Origin: Spirochaetota bacterium
Lineage (GTDB): Bacteria > Spirochaetota > UBA4802 > UBA5550
DNA length: 64,000 bases
Reading direction: 5' to 3'
Assembly (NCBI GenBank): GCA_963663865.1
Contig: OY760686.1
Location: forward strand, 1,056,001 to 1,120,000
Part shown: piece by piece, positions 19,528-27,758 of the stretch
Layout of the letters: every line of letters starts with the position of its first letter
How positions within the stretch are numbered: the stretch's first letter is position 1
Position numbers and translations under genes: made by a program
The notes under the pieces: generated by a model
Told to the model about the DNA's origin: nothing
The model's input: the letters and a program-made list of their open reading frames with translations, nothing else
Databases searched by the model: none

Positions 19528-20631
19528 ATGAAACCAGTTGAGAACGCAGTTTGCGGGATTAATGTCACGACTTCATCAATATCCGCGTGTGTAAGGGAGC
19601 TTGATGCAGCAGGGGCTAATCTTGCTGGAAGAGAGTTCGGAATGAGTCCTGAGGGTGTTGACAGCCTTGTTTCCTGGCTCGAAAGCAGGAACGTAAGGCA
19701 TGTCGCTGTCGACTCTCCGGGTAATCACTGGAAGCCTCTCTGGAATGCTCTTGAGGGGAGCTTCGACCTCTACCTCGCTCACAGGGGCTGTTTGACTGAA
19801 TCAGGCCTGACTGATGACAGGGACGCCGGAAGTCTGATAGCCGAGCTTTTGCAGGAGGGCAGGCTTCGGACGAACTATGTACCCGATTCATATACAAGGC
19901 AGCTTCGCGACCTGACAAGGTTCAGGGAGGAGCTCATACAGACCTCTTCGATTCTTGGCAGTAAGATCCAGAATGTTCTCTCCGAGTCCGATATATCCGC
20001 CGTCTCAGCCAGGCCTGACGCTGATAGCCGTTCAATAAAGCAGCTTGCCAGGGTCATTTCCGATTATATTCCTGAAAAGGACGCATCTCTACTTGCTGGT
20101 GGTGTTTCTCCGCATGACAGCTTTATGCTGACTCATCTGGCCGGACAGCTGAAGGACACGGAAGGGCGTATCATGGAGGTTTCCGCAAGAATCAGGGATT
20201 TGCTGAAAGAGCGCGAGCCGTTTATTCAGAAGCTCATGCAGATACCCGGCATGGTGAGGCGCAACGCGGAGAACATAATAGCCGAGACGGGCTTTGACCT
20301 TGCCCGTTTCGAAACCTCTGATGATTTAGCGATGTGGGCCGGCTTCATTGTGGCGAAGGGCGCAAAGATGCCCCATTACGGCATAAACGGCAAGAGCGGG
20401 AAGCAGTGGCTGAGGAGGGCTCTTGCCGAGGCAGCACAGCCCGTTGCAGCCTGGAAGTCTTCTCCCTTTGCCGATGTTCACAGGTACCTTCAGAACAGGG
20501 TTGGAAACAGAAGGGCCATGGAGACTGTCTCCCGGCTTCTTCTCGACGTGGTTTATGAGCTCATTGCCTCGAACAGGTACTTTTCTTCTCTGCCGGGCTC
20601 TGTTTTTACCAGATACATGCTTGATAGTTAG
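19528..20631 (+). CDS. IS110-family (DEDD/RuvC plus Tnp20) recombinase homologue, apparently catalytically inactivated
   Basis: Colinear with IS110 transposases: CGINV, HVAVDS..HWKP, LTDDRDA, RQLRDLTRFR, IPGM...AENIIAE.G.D..RF.....L.MWAG, WLRRALAEAA; catalytic Asp replaced by Asn and Ser loop lost. Confidence 0.8.
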   Translation: MKPVENAVCGINVTTSSISACVRELDAAGANLAGREFGMSPEGVDSLVSWLESRNVRHVAVDSPGNHWKPLWNALEGSFDLYLAHRGCLTESGLTDDRDAGSLIAELLQEGRLRTNYVPDSYTRQLRDLTRFREELIQTSSILGSKIQNVLSESDISAVSARPDADSRSIKQLARVISDYIPEKDASLLAGGVSPHDSFMLTHLAGQLKDTEGRIMEVSARIRDLLKEREPFIQKLMQIPGMVRRNAENIIAETGFDLARFETSDDLAMWAGFIVAKGAKMPHYGINGKSGKQWLRRALAEAAQPVAAWKSSPFADVHRYLQNRVGNRRAMETVSRLLLDVVYELIASNRYFSSLPGSVFTRYMLDS

Positions 20632-20798
20632 TCAATTTATATAAATTGTAAGCGGATAGAAATATATAGATTCCGCGGCATCTTTTGCAGATTATTTCAG
20701 GAGGCGTATAACATTGCATGTAAAACCGGCGAATTTGACCCTTTGAGGGAGGTTCGGTTTTATAAATAAAACACTATTTTAGGAGGAGGAAATTTTTT

Positions 20799-23144
20799 AT
20801 GAAAAAATTTCTGTCTTTATTTTTACTCCTGCTTGCTGTAATGGGTTTTGGTATGACCTTTACGGCATGCAGCGATGACGACGGTGATAAGGAAGCTGAA
20901 GAGATTAAGAGCAGCGATCTCCCGTGTCAGGACACCGACAGCCTTTACTGTGTCGGCGGCAAGATTGTTATTCCAGAGGTCCAGATTGCTGAGGGCTCAG
21001 GAAAGACAATTATTGAGGTTGCAGCTGCTGCTGAAGACGGCACGGCATATACCCTCAAGTTCAGGGACCTGAACGGAAACGGAGCTGTTGACCCCTATGA
21101 GGACTGGAGACTGTCTGTTGAAGACCGTACAAACGATCTGCTTTCCAAAATGACCAAGGAGCAAAAGGCCGGTCTTCTCTATGAGAGCGGCTTCTCCGGC
21201 AGAATAAGCGATGGATCACTTACTGACTCGGTCAAGGAAGGCATGGTTACTTCACAGGTTCGAGTAGCGCTTTTTAGAAATCCAGGTGCAGGCTATACCG
21301 CTGAGCAAATGACTACTTACATCAACGATGTTCAGGCTTATGTCGAGTCTCAGCCTCTTGGTATTCCTTTCGTGTTCTGCTGTGACCCATCAACAGGAAC
21401 TGGGCTTAATACAGCGGGTGCTGCTTACGAAAAAAAGAACTCTATGGAGCCTATGGGTGACTGGCCGTATAGTCTCGGGCTCTCGTCACTTTCAGATGCT
21501 GAAGTTGTAAAGGAAATTGGAGATATGCATGCGGAAGAGTACAAGGCATGCGGTTTCAGGATGCTTCTCGGCCCGATGTGCGATCCTCTTGGGGACCCAA
21601 GATGGGCGCGTTCCTATGACACCTTTGGTACAGATCCTGAAAAAGCCGGCGAGTTCGCCAAAGCCTATATTCAGGGGCTTCAGCAGGTTGACGATGGTTC
21701 AGGAAACGCTCTTGTTCCCGGTATTGCCGCTACGCTTAAGCACTTCCCCGGCGCCGGAACAAACATGGGAGGTATGGACAGCCACAGAGAACAGGGCAGG
21801 TACGCTCTTTTCAAAGGCGATAACTTTGATGCGTCAAAAGAGGCCTTCAAAACAGCCTTTGAAGCAGGCCCACTTTGTGTTATGCCATGCTACAGCATCT
21901 ACATGACAAACTGGAACCCGACAACAAGGACCTTCGATACAGAGTTTGAAGAAGTTGGTTCCAGCTATGAGATGACCCTTATGTGGGACATTCTGAGAGA
22001 AGAGTGCGGATGGGACGGAATGGTTACGTCTGACTGGGGTGTTCTTGGTGGTTCTGCCTATGGACTTCTAATGTCAGACTTTGGCGTAACAACCCTTGCA
22101 GCTGATACAGATTTATCAGATCCTTCATATACCCCACCTGCAGACCTTCCTGATGGTGTGCCTGCATTTGCAGATTGGACTATCGAAGCAAGATCGGGTT
22201 GGGGAGGAACTACGTATGTTGCCGTTGAGCATGAGAGTTACCTCATTTACAAGTATCTTCAGGCTGGCGGACATCAGGTTGGAAACGGAAGCTACACTAT
22301 GTGGTTGAATGCCGTAGATAATAATTTCCTTGCTGAGTCTGATCTCGACTACCCTGCTGGAAAAGTTCTTGAGATGATGTTCAAACTTGGGGTCTTCGAG
22401 AATCCTTACAGGGATGCTTCAGTAGCTAACGCTGTTAGAGATGCAAATCTCGACAGGGCGAAGGAAATAATGAAAGAAACTACGGTTCTTGTTAAGAATG
22501 CGGGAGACGTACTTCCTCTTTCAGCGACGTCTGGAACTGTATATTTCGATGGTATCGACGATGGCGTTGTTGATGATTTTGCAAATACAACTACGACTGA
22601 CATGACACAGGCGGACTACATTATTCTGAGAGTTACCGGGCGTCATGGGAATTACTCAGGCCTCGCTGGCGGAGTGCCGATATCCTTCCAGGCAAATGTT
22701 TACTCATACAACTACGATGAGTGGAGACATTACACCGAAGCCGAGAATGAAGCTTCAAAAGATCCAGCAGACCCAGAGGACATTGGAGATTATGTTGTAA
22801 ATGACTCAAGTCGGGCTAATTCAATAGCACAGGCTGACAAGATTAAAGCTGCCATTGCTGCGAAGAAAGAGGGAGCAAAGCTCATCCTCTGCGTATTCGC
22901 TCCAAGGCCATTCCTCTTCGATGCTGACATCGATGTAACAAAAATTGATGCCCTTCTCGTTGAGTTCGGAATCTACGATGAGCAGCTTCTTGAGGTGATT
23001 TACTCAACTGACGGCTTCGAGCCTTCCGCAGTGCTTCCGTTCTGTATTCCGGCAAGCGATGCCGACGTAGAAGCCGCTTACGAGGACTTGTACAACGACG
23101 AGGCTAACAAGCTCTTTGACGAAGGAACAAGCCTTTCTTACTAA
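20799..23144 (+). CDS. Glycoside hydrolase family 3 (beta-glucosidase-like) lipoprotein
   Basis: Lipobox FTAC; FRDLNGNGAVDPYEDWRL, PRWARSYDTFG, LKHFPG, nucleophile motif TSDWG. Confidence 0.88.
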   Translation: MKKFLSLFLLLLAVMGFGMTFTACSDDDGDKEAEEIKSSDLPCQDTDSLYCVGGKIVIPEVQIAEGSGKTIIEVAAAAEDGTAYTLKFRDLNGNGAVDPYEDWRLSVEDRTNDLLSKMTKEQKAGLLYESGFSGRISDGSLTDSVKEGMVTSQVRVALFRNPGAGYTAEQMTTYINDVQAYVESQPLGIPFVFCCDPSTGTGLNTAGAAYEKKNSMEPMGDWPYSLGLSSLSDAEVVKEIGDMHAEEYKACGFRMLLGPMCDPLGDPRWARSYDTFGTDPEKAGEFAKAYIQGLQQVDDGSGNALVPGIAATLKHFPGAGTNMGGMDSHREQGRYALFKGDNFDASKEAFKTAFEAGPLCVMPCYSIYMTNWNPTTRTFDTEFEEVGSSYEMTLMWDILREECGWDGMVTSDWGVLGGSAYGLLMSDFGVTTLAADTDLSDPSYTPPADLPDGVPAFADWTIEARSGWGGTTYVAVEHESYLIYKYLQAGGHQVGNGSYTMWLNAVDNNFLAESDLDYPAGKVLEMMFKLGVFENPYRDASVANAVRDANLDRAKEIMKETTVLVKNAGDVLPLSATSGTVYFDGIDDGVVDDFANTTTTDMTQADYIILRVTGRHGNYSGLAGGVPISFQANVYSYNYDEWRHYTEAENEASKDPADPEDIGDYVVNDSSRANSIAQADKIKAAIAAKKEGAKLILCVFAPRPFLFDADIDVTKIDALLVEFGIYDEQLLEVIYSTDGFEPSAVLPFCIPASDADVEAAYEDLYNDEANKLFDEGTSLSY

Positions 23145-23172
23145 TCTTTCTGGATTAGCAACTGAGTTTTTT

Positions 23173-23203
23173 AAAGGGGGCGCCGTGAGGCGTCCTCTTT
23201 TTT
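23173..23203 (+). terminator. Rho-independent terminator of the GH3 gene
   Basis: AAAGGGGGCGCC-gtga-GGCGTCCTCTTT plus T run. Confidence 0.7.
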
Positions 23204-23337
23204 CGGCAAACACAAAAAATAAACACTGGTTGATTTGATGAAAACTGTAAAATAAACGAATTATTTATTATCGAAATTTTAAAACCTGCCGACAAGGGAA
23301 ACAGTAGTAGTGAGTTTCCAGGGAAGGAGGTTTTGAA

Positions 23338-23619
23338 ATGGAAGTCAAATTTAACTACATATTCTCCAACACGCAGGAGCATGGTTCAGCGAGGCAGCCG
23401 GCCTTCGAAACCGCCGGAACCGGGAATCAGGAAGAGTCAAAGGAACAAAGAATAAACAGCTTTGATGAAGCTCCGAAAAAAGGTTATTCCAGGGCGGCAG
23501 AAGAGGCAATGATGGATCTAAAAGAGGTGCAGAGCTTTCTTTACATGTTGATTGGATCTGAAATTAAAGTCAGTGACACATCGCAATCGTCAGGAAGCGC
23601 GTTTGACATGAGCGCATAA
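23338..23619 (+). CDS. Hypothetical 93-aa protein
   Basis: Strong AAGGAGG RBS, own terminator, GCCGACAA sigma28-like -10 at 23288-23295. Confidence 0.65.
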   Translation: MEVKFNYIFSNTQEHGSARQPAFETAGTGNQEESKEQRINSFDEAPKKGYSRAAEEAMMDLKEVQSFLYMLIGSEIKVSDTSQSSGSAFDMSA

Positions 23620-23629
23620 ATCCTGAAAG

Positions 23630-23653
23630 ATCGGCGGGAAAACCCGCCGATTT
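23630..23653 (+). terminator. Rho-independent terminator
   Basis: ATCGGCGGG-aaaa-CCCGCCGAT perfect stem followed by TT. Confidence 0.65.
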
Positions 23654-23874
23654 CCCGCAAAACAATTCTACAAAAATATATTTTTATCTATTTAAATAGT
23701 GCTAAATATCTGAAAAATTCTTGACCTGTTTTTTTAGCGGAATAGAATTTGCACACACACATGTAATTATCCAGTTATTCTGCCGGATGAGAGGTTGTCT
23801 GTTACTTTGTCAAGACCACGCTGAAAGTTGTCGATATATTCCATGACAAGTCACAATGGCCGGCGGTATTGACA

Positions 23875-23994
23875 GTGAGCAGGGAATTACAGGAAAGAGC
23901 AGACGAGATTATCAGGGAGCTGGAAGATGCTCTGGTCCCTCTCAAAGAGGAAATCAGGCGCCTTAAAGGAATAAATTCAGGACGTGCAGTTTAA
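23875..23994 (+). CDS. Candidate 39-aa coiled-coil peptide upstream of tetR (below the ORF-track cutoff)
   Basis: GTG (or TTG at 23869) start; MSRELQERADEIIRELEDALVPLKEEIRRLKGINSGRAV, heptad-like amphipathic pattern. Confidence 0.45.
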   Translation: MSRELQERADEIIRELEDALVPLKEEIRRLKGINSGRAV

Positions 23995-24024
23995 TAGTTT
24001 GATAAAAGATAATGAGGTATAGGG

Positions 24025-24642
24025 ATGCCGCCCAAGGGAGAACGCAGGAAACAGCAGATTATTGATACCGCCAAGGCGATGTTTATAGAAAAGGGCTTTC
24101 AGAGCACCCATATCGGACAGGTATGCGAGGAGCTTGATATTGCCAGAGGCACTGTTTACCAGTATTTCAGCAACAAGAAGGAGATTTTATACGCCCTTCT
24201 GAATTCAGTAATTGAGCAGATTGAGGACATACTCGACCAGGATGATCTTGATGATTTTCTAAAAGATAACTCCAATGATGCCGACGTCGAAAAGTTCATT
24301 ACTGACCGCATAATTGAAAGCATCAGGGTCATTCTTAGCGAACCTATTGTTATCAAGCTTATATTCAAGGAAATTGCCGGAATAGATGAGGAAGTCACAG
24401 AGACTGTAAACAACTCGATCGAAAAGATCAGATCAGTAATAGCCGAGGAGATTTCAAAGCTGATTGAAATGAAGGTATTCAGCAGTCAGATAGATTCAGA
24501 GATTACAGCATCTATGCTTATTGGAGGTATTATGCTTCTTGTTTATGAGTATGATAAAAAGAACAAGGACATCCTGAACGATAGTGTTGTTTCCTCAATA
24601 GTAGAAAACTATCTTAACGGAGCTTTCAGCAAGCTTTCCTGA
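24025..24642 (+). CDS. TetR/AcrR family transcriptional regulator
   Basis: IIDTAKAMFIEKGF..T....VCEELDIARGTVYQYFSNKKEI HTH. Confidence 0.9.
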   Translation: MPPKGERRKQQIIDTAKAMFIEKGFQSTHIGQVCEELDIARGTVYQYFSNKKEILYALLNSVIEQIEDILDQDDLDDFLKDNSNDADVEKFITDRIIESIRVILSEPIVIKLIFKEIAGIDEEVTETVNNSIEKIRSVIAEEISKLIEMKVFSSQIDSEITASMLIGGIMLLVYEYDKKNKDILNDSVVSSIVENYLNGAFSKLS

Positions 24643-24675
24643 ATATCCATCCAGAGTAATACATGTGATTATTGA

Positions 24676-26013
24676 ATGAAACTCTTTTCCCTTCTCATAG
24701 CTTTGCTGACTCTGTTGCCCTTTTCAACAGCGGTTTTTGCGGCGGATCATCCGGTTTCTCAGGGTACTGTCAGTGCGGAGGAGTCGATCTTCCAGGGCAT
24801 TGTGTCTCCGGAAGATTCAGTCCGCCATCAGAGCATGTCTGCTATCCGCACAGGAAGGTATCCCACGATAGCTGTCAGGGTGGCAGAGGCTTTGCTTAAC
24901 TCTAAGGAGAGTTCTAATCAGGAGCTGTACCTGCAGGCATTGAGCGCCTTTCCCGGTGATTCAGGAACTGAGGCGTGGATTACTGTTCTGAAGAAGTCAG
25001 AGTCATTTATTCTAAAGCAGAAAGCCATTGAGGTGCTGGGCGGGGCGAATGACAGAAGGGCCGTTGTTGTCATTGCCGGTGAACTGAACAGCCGTTTTCG
25101 ATCAGTCAGATATGCCGCTGCCAGGGCGCTGAGCAGCGGCAGGGATGACAGGGTCTATCCCTTTGTGCTTGGACTTGCTGAAGATAAAAGCCCGGTCAAG
25201 AGAATATACGCCCTGGAAGCCCTGAATGAACTCTATGACGACCGCTTTTATCCTGTTCTCAATGCCCTTCTGAACGATTCAAACAAATCAGTCCGAATCT
25301 ATTCCGCTGAATGTGTACGAAAAAACAATGTTGAAAACGCTTTCCCTGTTTTAAGGAAAATGGCTTCATCCGACCCTGACAAAGAGGCAAGGTCTGCTGC
25401 CATAAACACCCTGGGAACTCTAAGGGATTCGGGGGCTCTTTATGTACTTCTGAACTGTCTTGATGAAGCCGACCGTGATGTGAGGTATGCTGCGGTTGAG
25501 GCGCTCTACTCGCTCTCTTCATCAGGGTCATTGAGCCGGGTGACAAACAGGCTTGTAAAAGAGGATGACTCTGAGATCAGATATATACTTCTCGGTATAA
25601 TACTGAAAATTGGCAGGCCGGGCTTTAATTCGGGAGTTTACCACGTGTTGAAAAACGATCCTGAATTCAGGTTGAGAGAGCGCGCGGCCTACATAGCTGG
25701 AGAGGTGAGTGAGGCAAGAGGTGTTTATCATCTCAGGGATGCCTTAAAGGACAGGGATTACCGCGTAAGGGCGGAAGCTGCTCACTCTCTCGGTCGCTTT
25801 TCGAGGTCTGAGGCGGCTGTCTCGGCTCTTCTTGAGGCTTTGAGGGATGACAGCGTAAGGTATGTCAGATCTTCGGCGCTTTTCGCGCTGATGGATATCG
25901 ACAATAAGAAGACTATACCGGGTATATTCGAGGTATACAGAAAAGAGAAGGACCCGGTTTTTAGAATGGTTCTGGCAGAAGCTCTTGCTTCGATGCTTAA
26001 AAAACACATCTAA
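24676..26013 (+). CDS. Exported HEAT/PBS-lyase repeat protein
   Basis: Signal peptide; repeated L.D.D..VR..AA.AL units. Confidence 0.8.
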   Translation: MKLFSLLIALLTLLPFSTAVFAADHPVSQGTVSAEESIFQGIVSPEDSVRHQSMSAIRTGRYPTIAVRVAEALLNSKESSNQELYLQALSAFPGDSGTEAWITVLKKSESFILKQKAIEVLGGANDRRAVVVIAGELNSRFRSVRYAAARALSSGRDDRVYPFVLGLAEDKSPVKRIYALEALNELYDDRFYPVLNALLNDSNKSVRIYSAECVRKNNVENAFPVLRKMASSDPDKEARSAAINTLGTLRDSGALYVLLNCLDEADRDVRYAAVEALYSLSSSGSLSRVTNRLVKEDDSEIRYILLGIILKIGRPGFNSGVYHVLKNDPEFRLRERAAYIAGEVSEARGVYHLRDALKDRDYRVRAEAAHSLGRFSRSEAAVSALLEALRDDSVRYVRSSALFALMDIDNKKTIPGIFEVYRKEKDPVFRMVLAEALASMLKKHI

Positions 26014-27035
26014 TCTGACAAAAAAAGAGCAACAAGGTCAAGCAGGGGGTTGGAAGCAAGTGAAACCGTTCGCCCGCTGCTTTTTCTCAGCCAGTCGGTT
26101 TTTACCGTGCCAGAATAGAGCTGCTGGACTTTTTCGGGAGGAAAGGAGCGCGTGTGTCTGAGAAAGTTATTAGCGTTACGCGGAAATATTCCGGATTTAC
26201 TTACCGCTTCATCTATGGTCATGCCCTGCGATGTGAGCTTGAAATACGACTCAATCTTTTCAAGGTGTTTTATAATTTCAAAGATGATTCTGCCTTCACT
26301 GGTTCCATCGTCGAGTACCCGTTTGAGAAGTACCGGAGCCCCGGGATTTCTTCGGAAAAGCGCTTCAATAAAATCGTAAACAGAGGTACCTCCGTTGTCA
26401 TTGAGAAGGTCTTTTAAGATTTCAGGAGTGATTTCTTTAGAGGCTCCGTAGAATTTAACCATTTCGATAGTGTCGTCAATTTTTTTTATGTCCCTTCCGG
26501 TTCTATCCAGGAGAATCGACATGGCTTTATCAGTAAATCGGAGACCCGCTTTTGAGGCAGCAATGTTTACATAGTTGACTGTGTCGTTTTCAAAATGCTT
26601 CCAAAACTGAACAGTCTTGATGATGTGTGCTAAATCAGATGGAATAATAGAAGGCACCCTGTTTTCCGTAGAGGTCATAACCAGACAGGTGCCGTCCGGC
26701 AGGCCTTCGATGACATCTCTGAGAGTGGATTGATGCTGTTTCCCGGAGGGTGATGATTCAAAGCCCCTCATGAGACAGAGTTTTTTATATGAAAACATTG
26801 ACTGCAGCATAGTAAAAGCCGCGGCGTCCATCAGCTCTCCGTTGTTTATGTGAAAATTGCCTGTTGAGTTTTTCCTTTCGCCTTCTGTTCCGAAAAGTAT
26901 ATCACCGATAAGCTTTATGGCCTTATCCTTTTCTCCCTCTTCTTCGCCCAGGAAAAGATATGCGGTGGAGAGTTTTTTTGCTCCAAGCTCCTGGAACAGG
27001 GCTTTGGAATTAATCGGTTTTGATGCAGCAGCCAT
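26010..27035 (-). CDS. holA: DNA polymerase III delta subunit
   Basis: YLFLGEE N-terminal motif, QSMFS, SVYDFIEAL, about 340 aa, downstream of lptE. Confidence 0.85.
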   Translation of the reverse strand: MAAASKPINSKALFQELGAKKLSTAYLFLGEEEGEKDKAIKLIGDILFGTEGERKNSTGNFHINNGELMDAAAFTMLQSMFSYKKLCLMRGFESSPSGKQHQSTLRDVIEGLPDGTCLVMTSTENRVPSIIPSDLAHIIKTVQFWKHFENDTVNYVNIAASKAGLRFTDKAMSILLDRTGRDIKKIDDTIEMVKFYGASKEITPEILKDLLNDNGGTSVYDFIEALFRRNPGAPVLLKRVLDDGTSEGRIIFEIIKHLEKIESYFKLTSQGMTIDEAVSKSGIFPRNANNFLRHTRSFPPEKVQQLYSGTVKTDWLRKSSGRTVSLASNPLLDLVALFLSD

Positions 27036-27616
27036 TATCTCCTCTTTTCAATATCTGTCAGATGTTCGGTGTACCACCCGCTTTTAATCTTTGAATAAAG
27101 GCGGTCAGCGAGGAGTGAGACCACTTCTTCGGCAGTCTGTGCCTGCGTTCTTATGGGGAAGGTGATTTCGGAAAATTCCAGAAAGGCCTGTATGCCATTT
27201 TCTCTGAATATCAACCTGTTCCGTCGGCAGTCATTCATCGCTGAGGACACTGTAATCCTGAGCCGCTGTCTGTCAAGTCTGCCATTTCTGTCAAAGGTCA
27301 GGGGCTGAACACTGTAAGATGTGATAGCTATTTCAATCAGCAGGTCGGCGCCTGCCTCGCTTTCGATAACAGATAGCCTGCCTTCTCTGGAGATAAGGCG
27401 ACCGAGTCTGTTTCTAAGGAGGCTTTCTCCCTGCCGGAATGATGTTTTGTTGTGTATGGGGGCAATGAAAATTCTGTTCGCATCCTGCGGAAGCACTGGA
27501 ACGCCGTTGAAGCCCTGAAAAAGGGCGGGGCTCTCCGCGCTGTTAGTCGTAGAGGTACAACCGGCCAGTGATGTTATGATAAAAACTAAAATGCTGTAAT
27601 TCAGAATAATCTTCAT
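27035..27616 (-). CDS. lptE: LPS-assembly lipoprotein LptE-like
   Basis: Lipobox LAGC; IFIAPIHNKT, ADLLIEIAITSY; lptE-holA gene order. Confidence 0.7.
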   Translation of the reverse strand: MKIILNYSILVFIITSLAGCTSTTNSAESPALFQGFNGVPVLPQDANRIFIAPIHNKTSFRQGESLLRNRLGRLISREGRLSVIESEAGADLLIEIAITSYSVQPLTFDRNGRLDRQRLRITVSSAMNDCRRNRLIFRENGIQAFLEFSEITFPIRTQAQTAEEVVSLLADRLYSKIKSGWYTEHLTDIEKRR

Positions 27617-27758
27617 TATTGGTATAGGCCCGGATTGATGAGTTGCATTATACTGAGCTTTTTTAGCACATAAACCGACATTTTCTGCGATTTGAATTAT
27701 TGCAGAAATCAATGACGGAGCTTTATGGAATACTGATTACCTGGAAAACCATAAAATA

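Noticed and set aside
19143-20798. Active IS110 element, or a TIGR/CRISPR-like array beside the IS110-like gene
   Set aside because: Catalytic residues are altered, no element ends are recognisable, and no regularly spaced repeat-spacer units are present
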